DNA from: Octopus sinensis
Taxonomy: Eukaryota
Direction of reading: 5' to 3'
Length of the DNA: 64,000 nt
NCBI RefSeq assembly: GCF_006345805.1
Contig: NC_043009.1
Coordinates: forward strand, 53,196,001 to 53,260,000
Numbering within the stretch: the first letter of the stretch is position 1; each line of letters starts with the position of its first letter. The position numbers were made by a program, and so were the translations under genes. Shown here in pieces: positions 41,630 through 52,936 of this stretch. Below the pieces are notes generated by a model. The model was not told the DNA's origin, searched no databases, and saw nothing but the letters and a program-made list of their open reading frames with translations.

Positions 41630-42660
41630 ACCAGCAATATTTCAGCAAGTGATGGACATTGTGTTAGCACACTGTGAGTTTGGGGTCTCATACTTGGATG
41701 ACATATTAATCAAAAGTTAATCGACGGACCAGCATATTGAACAAAAAATGTTTTCAGAAGAATAAGCGACTATGGATTTAAAGTAAGTGAAAATAAATGC
41801 GATTTTTTAAAAATAAAAATAAAGTACTTGGGACAGGTGATCAATGAAAACAGATAAAAACCGAACTCTTCTAGGGTCGACGCGATAAAATTATGCCTGT
41901 TCTCACTAACAAAACAACATTGCAAGCATTTTTGTGTCTGGTAAGTTAGTACCAGGTATACATACCTAAAATGTATGAGCTAAGAGCTCCGTTGAATAAT
42001 TCGTTAAAGAAAGACACAAAATGGGACTGAACAAACGAATGTCGGAAAGCATTCGAGGAATTAATAAAGAGGTTAACATCAGAGTTATCGTTAACTCATT
42101 TCGACCCAAACCTGTAAATAATTGTGGCATCGGATGCCAGTGAATATGGTATTGGAGCTGTGATATTGCATAAATTTAATGATGGTAAAATCAAAGCTAT
42201 TGCACATGCATCAAGTGTTCTACCAGCAGTAAAAAGCTATACCCAGATCGGAAAGAGACTTTATCATTAATTTCCGCAGTAAGGAAATTCCATAAATTCC
42301 TACACGGTAGAAAGTTCACACTCCAAACTGATCACCAACAGTTACTGTCTGTTTTCGGTTCGGAAAAAGGTATCCCCACGCATTCAGCAAACTGTTTACA
42401 GTGCTGTTGAACTATGATTTTCAGATGAAGTTTTTGCCATCAAAGAAAATGGGACATGCAAATGGGTTATCTAGGCTAATTTCAGAATATAAAGAACCTT
42501 TTGAAGAAAAGGTGATTGCATCGTTAAAACTAGAAATGGAACTGAAGAACAATTTGTGCAATGTAGTATGCGATTTGCCGGTAACGCTAGAAGAAATTAA
42601 ATTTAAATAGGAAAAAGATATGTTCACAAACAAGATTTAAAAAGTACTCTTGGAAAGTAA
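41630..42660 (+). mobile_element. Ty3/Gypsy pol relic (end of RT + RNase H)
   Basis: YLDDILI, LRAPLN..LKKD.KW, VASDASEYGIGAVI, HASS, RKFTLQTDH, LLNYDF...GHANGLSRL; frameshifts and stops; no LTRs seen. Confidence 0.88.
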
Positions 42661-42714
42661 TACGAAAAATAATATAAATGAGCGGAACCAGAACGAAGAA
42701 AGTTAATTGATGAG

Positions 42715-43125
42715 CCAACGGCCTAGAAATTGCAATACAAGTTGAATTAAAAGACCTAAATGGAATTGTAGAAGAGATTCTTCTACCGGAAGACATTACG
42801 CTAAGAGTGGTGGTGGAGGGAAGACCTCCAACATGTTTTCTATGTAAACAAAAAGGACATATGAAAGCAAAGTGCCCTCAGTAAGAAAGTGAAGTAGAGG
42901 AACAACAACGCGAAGAGCAGCCTGCCGAAGAAGAGGGGACGGAAATAAAGAAAAATAATAAAGAGGTGACGTTTATTGAACTGGTGAGCTCTCCGACAGA
43001 GAACCAAAAACGAAAGAAGGAAGTAGAGGAGAAAATAGAGGAGGTATAGAGAGACTGGTCAGATATACCAGCAGAAGAATTGTAAAATAGAGTGGAAGAT
43101 CTAATCGTGGATGGTTATGGGAAAG
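42715..43125 (+). mobile_element. LINE ORF1/gag-like fragment with CCHC knuckle
   Basis: LRVVVEGRPPTCFLCKQKGHMKAKCP followed by a Glu-rich tail, typical of L1/Tx1-type ORF1. Confidence 0.65.
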
Positions 43126-44093
43126 AAACTGTCATAATATATCCTCATAGTATTAAATAAACACACGCTCTTGAAACAATCTTAGGGTAAAATACTGATG
43201 AGTATTTATGACGCATATTCAAACGTGCGATGGCGCTGGCTGTTATATTTTGATTCGGAGATGTGTTTTAAAAACATATGGCTTCGTTCATTACGACGGT
43301 GGATTTGGCAGACATGATATTTTCACCAGATTTGATCTCATCAATAGCTGTTTATAGTGTCAAAACATTCAGACAGATCGACAAATAAATTCAACAGGTT
43401 TTGTTCTTGCTAACTGCAATTTCATCTAAAATTGTCTTGAAACAAATATCGTTTCGACTGTGCCCTGTGTCTTTGTAGAAGAAGCGTCAATGTGACTCTC
43501 TTATGACGTTTTTACAAATCGGACCAGTTATTTTAACCGTCGTTACGACTTTTCCAGTAACCGAGTGTAATCTTAGCCAGAACTTTTTCAGTATAAACTT
43601 AGCTAAGCTCTTTACAGCTTAGCTTCCGCTAGGATCTTTCCAGCGATAGACTGTTGTTCCATATCTGTAGTTTCGGTAGAAACATATTTATCTTGCTTGT
43701 TATTTTTTGATAATGATAATGTTCCTGTACATACGTTTCCATACCTATGTGCGCGGGATGTGACAATAATGTGCTCTTGTGCAGAAGTAACATTATTCTT
43801 TCAAGATGTCTGATGCAATACGCGCGCGCGAGCAGACACACACACACAGACACTCATATATTTCATTTATTACATATGTCAATTATTAGACTGCGGTCAT
43901 GCTGGGGCATTGCCTTGAAGGATTTCAACCGAATGACTCGACCCTAGTACTGTTTTAAGCCTAGTACTTATTCTATAGTTCTCTTTTGTCGAACTGCTAA
44001 TATACAGGCACGTAAACACACCAACACCGTTTGTCAAGCGGTGGTTGTGGGGAAACAAACACAAAGACACCCACACTCACACACATGCACTCT

Positions 44094-44124
<31 letters not shown>

Positions 44125-44465
44125 GTATGTATGTATGTATGTATGTATGTATGTATGCATGTATGCATGTATGCATGCATGCATGTATGCATGTATGTAT
44201 ATTTCAATTTCCGTCTACAAATTCCACCCACAAGGCTCTGGTCGGACCGAGGCTATAGTAGAAGACACTTGCCCCATGTACCATGCTGTGGGACTGAACC
44301 TGGAACCACGTGGTTGGGAAGTAAGCTTCTTAGCACACAGCCATGTGTATAAGAACACATACTTACTTACATGCTGCATGCATGCATACATAAACACACA
44401 TCTGTATACGAATTTGAAATGTAAGATATTCGAGTAAATCTCATTTTTGCTTCTTTCTGTTTCAG

Positions 44466-44589
44466 ATGTACGCGACAAGCTCCCGTGTTATAATAATAGC
44501 AGGGCGAAATTTAATTTATCTGTCTTCATCGAGGAGTTACATGAAGAGAGACAGGACAATAATATTACAATACTACAAAATCCATGTGG
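44466..44589 (+). CDS. Coding exon 4 (phase 1 to 2): VRDKLPCYNNSRAKFNLSVFIEELHEERQDNNITILQNPC
   Basis: Acceptor tttttgcttctttctgtttcag, donor TGG|GTACGT, 124 nt open frame; GG+G = Gly into exon 5. Confidence 0.9.
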
Positions 44590-44645
44590 GTACGTAATTA
44601 CAACATATTTAGTTTTTTTTTATTTTATAGTACTTGACTGAGGGT

Positions 44646-45034
44646 GGAGGCGCAATGGCCCAGTGGTTAGAGCAGCGGACTCGCGGTCGTAGGATCGCGG
44701 TTTCGATTCCCAGACCGGGCGTTGTGAGTGTTTATTGAGCGAAAACACCTAAAGCTCCACGAGGCTCCGGCAGGGGATGGTGGTGATCCCTGCTGTACTC
44801 TTTCACCACAACTTTCTCTCACTCTTACTTCCTGTTTCTGGTGTATCTGTATTTCAAAGGGCCGGCCTTGTCACTCTCTGTGTCACGCTGAATATCCCCG
44901 AGAACTACGTTAAGGGTACACGTGTCTGTGGAGTGCTCAGCCACTTACACAATAATTTCACGAGCAGGCTGTTCCGTTGATTCGGATCAACCGGAACCCT
45001 CGTCGTCGTAACCGACGGAGTGCTTCCACATTCC
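44646..45034 (+). mobile_element. SINE family B, full length, with 12-bp target site duplication
   Basis: tRNA-like head ggaggcgcaatggcccagtggttag...ggtttcgattccc; TSD acttgactgagg at 44632-44643 and 45035-45046. Confidence 0.9.
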
Positions 45035-45277
45035 ACTTGACTGAGGATTGAGACTATGATACAGAGCGTTGTACAGTATTTAGTCTAATCACTCATCCTT
45101 CTGAAATTCGGATCCTGCATGAAGTCTACTATGAGAAGTAAACCATACACGCGCACACACGCACAAACACACACACACACACAAACACATGCGCACACCC
45201 ATACACACATATGCCTCACACTCTCACACATATCTCTCGTTTGACAGATGTTAGTGTTGATATTATGTTGATATACC

Positions 45278-46410
45278 TATTTCTTTACTACCCACAAGGG
45301 GCTAAACACAGAGAGGAGAAACAAGGACAGGCAAACGGATTAAGTCGATTATATCGACCCCAGTGCGTAACTGGTACTTATTTAATCGACCCCGAACGGA
45401 TGAAAGGCAAAGTCGACCTCGGCGGAATTTGAACTCAGAACATAAAGACAGACGAAATACCCATTTCTTTACTACCCACAAGGGGCTAAATATAGAGGGG
45501 ACAAATAAGGACACACAAACGGATTAAGTTGATTACATCGACCCCAGTGTGTAGCTGGAATTAATTTATCGACCCAGAAAGAATGAAAGGCAAAGTCTAC
45601 TTCGGCGGAATTTGAACTCAGAACGTAAAGGCAGGCGAAATATCTGTTTCGTTATTACCCACGAGGGGCTAAACACGCCGGGCGAAATGCGTAGCCGTAT
45701 TTCGTCTGCCGTTACGTTCTGAGTTCAAATTCCGCCGAGGTCGACTTTGCTTTTCATCCTTTCGGGGTCGATTAAATAAGTACCAGTCACGCACTGGGGT
45801 CGGTATAATCGACTTAATCCGTTTGTCTGTTCTTGTTTGTCCTCTCTGTGTTTAGCCCCTTGTGGGTAGTAAAGAAATAGGTATTTCGTCTGCCGCTACA
45901 TTCTGAGTTCTAATTCCGCCGAGGTCGACTTTGCCTTCCATCCTTTCGGGGTCAATAAATTAAGTACCAGTTATGCACTGGGGTCGATGTAATGGACTTA
46001 ATCCGTTTGTCTGTCCTTGTTTGTCCCCTCTGTGTTTAGCCCCTTGTGGGTAGTAAAGAAATAGGAATTTCGTCTGCCGATACGTTCTGAATTCAAATTC
46101 CGCCGAGGTCGACTTCATCCTTTCATCCTTTCGGGGTCGATAAATTAAGTACCAGTTACACACTAGGGTCGATCTAATCGACTTAATCCCTTCGTCTGTC
46201 CTTGCTCGTCCTCTCTATGTTTAGCCCCTTGTTGGCAATAAAAATAAGAATTCTTACTACGCCGGAGTAAAGGCATAGCAGCGTTTCTTTTAAACTTTAC
46301 GCACTGAGTTCAAATGTCGTCGCCTAGACTTTGCGTTTCACCTTTTTCGGGGTCGACATAATATGTACCAATTGAGCATTGGGGTCGATGTAATCGATTT
46401 ACTACTTCCC
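45278..46410. mobile_element. Tandem/inverted cluster of head-truncated SINE C units (about 183 bp)
   Basis: Two minus units (45278-45645), a minus stub, three plus units (45677-46250), one degenerate unit. Confidence 0.9.
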
Positions 46411-46974
46411 TTAAATTGATTCTCTCTGTGGATGAGAAAGATATCTCCTCCTCCTCCTTATTATTGCTATTATTATTATTATTATTATTACTATTATTAT
46501 TGTTACTATTATTATTATTACTATTACTATTATTATTACTATTATTACTATTATTATTATTATTATTATCGTTATTATTATTAGTAAGAAGCATGTGTTC
46601 AGATTGTTGTTTAGACCTTCATATATATATATATATATGTGTGTGTATGTGTTTGTGTGTCTGTTTGTCCCCCTAGCATTGCTTGACAACCAATGCTGGT
46701 GTGTTTATGTCCCCGTCACTTAGCGGTTCGGCAAAAGAGACCGATAGAATAAGTACTGGGCTTACAAAAAGAATAAGTCCCGGGGGTCGAGTTGCTCGAT
46801 TAAAGGCGGTGCTCCAGCATGGCCGCAGTTAAATGACTGAAACAAGTAAAAGAGTAAAAGAGTATATAAACATGATGCAAAGATTTGCCGCATATAGGTT
46901 GTGGGTCTGTGTTTCCAGTTAAAACTCAAATATAAAATATTGTGATTTATACACGAGCAAATACAGACTCTTTA

Positions 46975-47312
46975 TCGCATGGCTCAGTGGTTAGAGCATC
47001 GAGCTTACGATCGTGAGGTTGTGAGCTCGAATCCCGGACCGGGCTGCGTGTTGTGTTCTTGAGCAAGGCACTTTATTTCACGTTGCTCCAGTTCACTCAG
47101 CTGTAGAAATGAGTTGCGACGTCACTGGTGCCAAGCTGTATCGACCTTTGTCTTTCCCTTAGATAACACTGGTGGCGTGGAGAGGGGAGGCTGGTATGCA
47201 TGGGCGACTGCTGCTCTTCCATAAACAACCTTGCCCGGACTTGTGTCTAGGAGGGTAACTTTCTAGGTGCAATCCCATGGTCATTCGTGACCGAAGGGGG
47301 TCTTTACCCTTT
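46975..47312 (+). mobile_element. SINE family D (tRNA-like head, CORE-like gtgttcttgagcaaggcacttt domain)
   Basis: tggctcagtggttagag...gctcgaatccc; diverged copies at about 30085-30380 and 31806-32100. Confidence 0.82.
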
Positions 47313-47435
47313 ATTGTAAATATATAATTCTATTTAAAAAGAGGAAAACTTCAGTACACCCTGTCAGCAAACTATATTAAATTAGGCTCCAATTTCATAC
47401 ATTAAATTTGGCACTGACCTCATATTTCACATATA

Positions 47436-47647
47436 CGAGAAGGTGCTGAAAAGTTCCTGGCTTTGGGTAAAAGAAAATACAGAAGGATCAGTTAATTATG
47501 ATTTTATTCAACATATTCCCCTCTCAGATTCACACACTCATTGCAGTGGTCCTTCACTTTTCTAAGCCTTGTAGTGGAACTCGGAAGGTTGGGCCTGCAA
47601 TCAGGCCTTTCATGATACCTGTAAAGCCAGGAAATTTTCAGCACTCC
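47436..47647 (+). mobile_element. Mariner-type MITE
   Basis: TA-CGAG..GTGCTGAAAAGTTCCTGGCTTT / AAAGCCAGGAAATTTTCAGCAC terminal inverted repeats; further copies at 9285-9478, 34452-34679, 55382-55599. Confidence 0.82.
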
Positions 47648-47693
47648 ATGAAACTGAAACTAAACTTCAATTTGGTATTTTTTGCCTTTACAG

Positions 47694-48162
47694 GATATGG
47701 TCATACTTTATTGAAAATTACCTGACGAAACCATTAAGAAGCTGTTCAGAGACACTGGCTGAAGTATTTCATGAATATATAACTAACCAGCTTCCGAAGA
47801 TTTGTGAAGTAATCAAGAACAATGGCAGCACAACCGTTGACTCTGGCAGCAGCACAACCGTTGACTCTGGCAGCAGAAAAACCGTTGACTCTGGCAGCAG
47901 CAAAACCGTTGACTCTGGCAGCAGCACAACCGTTGACTCTGGCAGCAGCACAACCGTTGACTCTGGCAGCAGCACAACCGTTGGCTCTGGCAGTAACACA
48001 ACTAAACATGGTACTGTTGACTATGGCAGTAGCTCAAGTATTGAAAATCGCAGTAACAAAACCAATGCAAAACATCGTGGAACAAATGAAGGACTGAGGG
48101 TAGTTTTAAATACTTATCTCAGTTGGTTATTAATTCTAAGTATTCTTTTTGCTATTGTCTAA
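47694..48162 (+). CDS. Terminal coding exon 5: end of Cys lobe 2, Ser/Thr/Gly repeat stalk, hydrophobic C-terminus LSWLLILSILFAIV* (GPI-signal-like)
   Basis: Acceptor tattttttgcctttacag; 469 nt open to TAA at 48160-48162. Total CDS 912 nt = 303 aa + stop. Confidence 0.9.
47827..47994 (+). repeat. Coding 24-bp minisatellite, 7 units, encoding (STTVDSGS)-type 8-aa repeats
   Basis: Unit agcacaaccgttgactctggcagc repeated contiguously with few substitutions, in frame within exon 5. Confidence 0.95.
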
Positions 48163-48251
48163 AGAAAACGTACCGACTGATTCAAAATATATTATACTAT
48201 AAGACTATAAAACAATAATTTATGAAAGGTAACATTATTTATTATTATTAC

Positions 48252-48296
<45 letters not shown>

Positions 48297-48466
48297 CATC
48301 ATCATCATCATCATTATCATCATTTATTTTTAATCTGCATGTTTGTTACAATCACTTGCCGAGACACACACAACGTCCCAGGGCGGGTGAAGGATAATAT
48401 GTGTTACAGTATGACTGAACGCTTAGAGTGGGGAGGTGACAAGGGCACTAGCGAAATATTTTCATG

Positions 48467-48472
48467 TAATAA
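48467..48472 (+). promoter_or_regulatory. Candidate polyadenylation signal AATAAA of the 5-exon gene
   Basis: AATAAA about 305 nt downstream of the stop codon; position only. Confidence 0.35.
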
Positions 48473-48499
48473 AACACAGACATTTAAATGGATGTTGGC

Positions 48500-49425
48500 A
48501 ATGTTTGTCAGTAGTCTTTTGGATTTCTCTGAGACATGGTTCTCCTGGGATATCATCTAAATGTTTCTGACATCCCTTTTATACCATACTTAAAGCACCC
48601 ACGTGTGTTTTAAATTCCAGGTCCTTATATTTACTTAATTTATCAAATTCCTTTACAGATATGTTTTTTATTAGTGGGAATACTTACCTTCATTAGTCTA
48701 CAAGTATTTTCTTCCCTGTCTTTAATGACTATATCTATCTGGTCGATTAGCTTGGATAGCTCTGTCCGTGTTGAATGGAAAATCCCAGGGGATAGTGGCA
48801 TTTTTACCTTGAAGGACTGGCAATACTTACCTCCATTAGTCTACAAGTATTTTCTTCCCTGTCTTTAATGACTATATCTATCTGGTCGATTAGCTTGGAT
48901 CGTTCTGTCCGCGTTGAATGGAAAATCCCAGGGGATAGTGGCATTTTTACCTTGAAGGACTGGCAATACTTATATCCATTAGTCTACAAGTATTTTCTTC
49001 CCTGCCTTTAATGACTATATCTATCGGGTCGATTAGATTGGATAGCTCTGTCCGCGTTGAATGAAAAATGCCAGGCAATAGTGACATTTTTACCTTCAAC
49101 GATTGGCTCAGGATGATGTTCATACCTGTAAGCAGGAGTGCTGATTTTGTAGTGTTTCCATATTTTCCAATGTAAATACTATCCTATCTATCGTGGCGAT
49201 TTTTGTATTCACTTGGTGTCAGCACAGCACATCCCGAGACGAGATGGTCTATTGTTTCGTCAAACGTATCGCAGAATCTGCATTTAAGGTCAGAACCATT
49301 TTGAAGAACGTTAGACTTGTAGTTTTTGGTAAACAAACTTTGATCTGGTGCCGCTAATATGAAATTTTCTTGGTGTCTCTCTCCATGAGTAGCCCAGTGT
49401 TGCTTGCCTCCTTTAGGCATTTTAT
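48500..49425 (-). mobile_element. R4/Dong-like LINE C-terminal fragment (CCHC knuckle + RLE) with internal 143-bp tandem triplication
   Basis: CRFCDTFDETIDHLVSGC...EYKNRHDR; WDF..TDR..ANRPD-type RLE segment repeated about 3 times at 48679-49095. Confidence 0.8.
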
Positions 49426-50672
49426 TTATTATATTTTTCTATGTTATCGACTTTTTTACATGAAACTTTATGTAACCCCACTTTGTCCTTCATGTTGTGT
49501 AATGTCCAATCTTATTTTTGTCGGCCCTTGTGGCTAAGAAAGAGAAGATAATAATAATAATTATTATTATTATTGTTGTTGTTTTCATCTCAGTATGGGG
49601 TATTTTGTTCAGTAGTATGCCGAATCATTACACGTGAGGTATGGCAACAGAAGATATATGATTAGTTTCCACTACTTGAATAATATGGGCTTCCTCATTG
49701 AATGTTACACAATAAACCTGAAATGTTACAACTTTATGAAAAATATTTAATATGTTTTATAATTTGGAAAATGGTAATAGAAATAAAGATTTAAAACTGT
49801 AACTATAAAACTGTACTGAATATTAATTTGTTTACACATGCACGCGCATACACAAACACTGACATAAACACACAGACACACACTATCTTTGTGTTTATGT
49901 TTGTCTCTCTCCACAGCATCGAAACCGGAGTTTATTGATTTAAGGACACGTAAATGATCCGTTTGATAAAAGAGACGGATAGAATAAGTACGAGACTTTT
50001 TTAAGAAATATATATTGGGGTCGATTTGTTCGGCTAAACAACTCGTTAAGACGATGCTCTAGCATGACCACAGTCCAATTACTGAATCAGATAATATAGT
50101 TCTCGGCTGTTTATTTATTTTATAGTTCAACTAATTCACGACAATATGTATCTTGGGAAAACAGTTGCTCCCACGAACCAAAATAAAATTTGGGATTTGC
50201 GGAGGGTCAAAGTTAGTGACAAAACAGGGCAGTGGAGACATACAAGACACCAAACAAAAATAAACAAGGTGGATCGTTAGGCCAGATGAGGTAAGGTAGC
50301 GACGTTGGAGGAATATTCTTATTAGTAAGAGAAAAGATAGGAGAGGAGACAGATAAGAATGCGTTAGGTCTATGTGACAGACTGAAGGATAAGGAAGATT
50401 ATCACGCGAGGAAAAGAAAGACGGACGATGGTCACGTGTGAGCAACGAGGGAGAGTGAGTGAGAGTAAAAGAGGAAGAGGGGAAGGAGACAGATAGAAGA
50501 CGGTAAAGAGGAGAAATAAGAATTAGAGAAAAGATGAGAGAAAAAAACGAAATGGAGAGAAGGGGACAGAAAAGAATTGGAGAAACGAAAGGGGAAGAGA
50601 GAGAACAGTACAGGGTAGAATCGCATCAGACTTACTTGGAAATGGATGCGCGGTGTTCAATAATATAATAAT

Positions 50673-50707
<35 letters not shown>

Positions 50708-50938
50708 CTTACATATATATGTATATAGATATGCATATACATATATGTATACATACATACATATATGTATACACTTATATATATATATATATGTATATAG
50801 ATATGCGTATATGGATACAGGACGTCATAAAACGCAAAGAACATGAAATACGAAACCGACATGGATTACGAAATACGAAAATAACATGAAATGCGAAGGC
50901 GAACCTGGGTATGCGAACGACGAGAGAAACAAATGGAA

Positions 50939-50980
50939 AACAAGACAAGTAACATAAAGAACGATCCATCATCAGTTGTC
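50939..50980 (-). ncRNA. Degenerate hammerhead relic
   Basis: GACAA-CTGATGA-TGGA/TTTA-TGTTAC-TT-GTC-TTGTT; same layout as 25580. Confidence 0.4.
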
Positions 50981-51081
50981 GGGTGTTTATCTACCCCAAA
51001 TTTCGAGCAACTTTGTTACCAACTTTCACCCTCCGCAAATCCCATATTTTATTTTGGTTTGCGAGAGCAGATATTGTCGTG

Positions 51082-51124
<43 letters not shown>

Positions 51125-51125
<1 letters not shown>

Positions 51126-51630
51126 CGGGAAGCTTTATGAAAATAAACAAAAGACGAAGGCAGGTGGAATACAAACAAACAATTGTATTAGTATGGCGCT
51201 CAGGAATATAAATAAAACAAATCTTTTACGTTTCGAGCCTACGCTCTTCAACAGAAAGATACACAGAAAAGAAACACGGAGAGAAACAAGGAGAGAAAAA
51301 AAATGCGTACAGAAGCTAGCGAATCAACATGGCGATATATATTTAAATTTTATTTGTTAGGGAATAACCATTCCGGCATAACAGAGGTTCAAATTATTCT
51401 CAATGAAGAAATATATTTTAATTTAGAGATAGTAGGCCCCTTCATCTCACCATATAAAATAATTTTTATTTTAAATACCAACTGTTTTATTACTTGGCTA
51501 CACGTGTTTCATGAGGTACGTCTTCCGGTTCCTAAGCCACTCCGTGTTTTCCTGGAACCCTTCTTAAAATGTAACCCCAATCATCAGGCCCTTATACCAC
51601 TTTATCAACGTTGAATACAATAAACTATAT
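51125..51630 (-). mobile_element. Degenerate PLE 3' end (possible GIY-YIG relic, then hammerhead, then (TA)n)
   Basis: Weak YKG..TF.E.F / NLC remnants at 51370-51620; hammerhead at 51222-51259; non-coding end homologous to 60290-60478. Confidence 0.5.
51222..51259 (-). ncRNA. Minimal hammerhead-like motif (core CTGTTGA), same family as 60341
   Basis: TCTTT-CTGTTGA-A-GAGC-gtag-GCTC-GAAA-CG-TA-AAAGA. Confidence 0.65.
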
Positions 51631-52936
51631 TTTAATTTTTTAAAGCCCTTAAGTATGTGTAAAATAGGTATGTTTAAGTTAGGCTCGCTGGACCCTACAG
51701 TACAAGCCATAATTCAGAAAAAAATTCAAATAAAAAGTTACGAAAATAAAGTAAGGAATAAAAATGCAAAAAAATATACGAAAATTTACAAAAACTATGT
51801 TAGTAATATATTAAAAAAATATCTAAAAAATGTGAATAAAAATAAAAGGAATGGCAAGAAAAAATATATAATAATAAAAATAAAAGGGATGGCAAAAAAA
51901 TATACACGAATTAAAATTAATAAACATGGAGGCAATGGCGAATAAAAGCTTTAGTACCAATTGCGAACGGCAAAATTTCCAAGTGATACGAATGGTAACT
52001 TTTAAAAATTTACAAAATAAAATAAAATAAAATAAAAATAACTTGATGGTAACGTAAAGAAAATATACAATTCACCGATGGCTCCATTATCCTACAACGT
52101 TTTAATAATGGCTTGACATTGCAAAGTCCAGCGAAGTGCTCACACCCTCCTTTCTGCTGCTTTAAACTATTATTTAATTAACATATTGTCTAAATAGTAA
52201 AACATGGTCCACGAAACTTCAAAAATGCATCATGGGAATATTACTTTTTTTTATTTCGTATTATTCCGTATTATTCCGCCCATTTAATCACTCACTAGTT
52301 ATTATTCATCCCCCCATCTAATGGTAAGGTTTTATTCATATTAAATAATAATAGTATTAATAATACTTACGCTAAAATTTAGGGTTATGCGTTATTAGTG
52401 AGGCATTTTAGTCTATGTTTACATTTAATTTTACGTTCCTCCTGAGCATTAAGAAGTTCCGTTTTTGCCCATAATATCTCCATGAATTCATGGGTACATA
52501 ACAGACATGAAACAGACATGAAACAAACAATAATCAAAGAACTGTACAAAGCAGCTAAATGCGCCAAACGAAGAAATTGAGAATAAGGTGTTTAAAGGTA
52601 ATTTTAGGGTTTCAGAATCGCATCATGATTTGTGAATGAAGGAAAAGTAGCCATAATGAACGCTATCAATTTTGAGATTAAATTTTTGAGAAAACGTCCA
52701 TTCTTTCAATTATGTTTCATATATATGTATATATAATACCGTGGAATGTTTCAATTGCATTGGACCTTAATAATCACCTAGTATACATAGATACTTACAT
52801 ACATGCTTACATAATACATACATACATATATACATACATACATACATACATACATACATACATACATACATACATACATAGGCTTCTCAAAACCAGAAAG
52901 GAGAAAATTAATTCGAAGAGTACAGATCCAATCCAT

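Noticed and set aside
44646-44720. tRNA genes at SINE heads (also about 1241, 5836, 23762, 46975)
   Set aside because: A/B boxes are present, but I could not fold a complete cloverleaf with an acceptor stem; they continue into SINE bodies, some with TSDs.
47827-47994. CRISPR-like array
   Set aside because: Contiguous repeats with no unique spacers, inside a eukaryotic exon.
47746-48097. ORF-track peptides MAAQPLTL..., CCCQSQRL... (metallothionein-like) and LLPESTVV...
   Set aside because: Alternative or antisense frames of the 24-bp repeat. Only the TTVDSGSS frame connects to the splice acceptor, the upstream Cys lobe and the hydrophobic tail.
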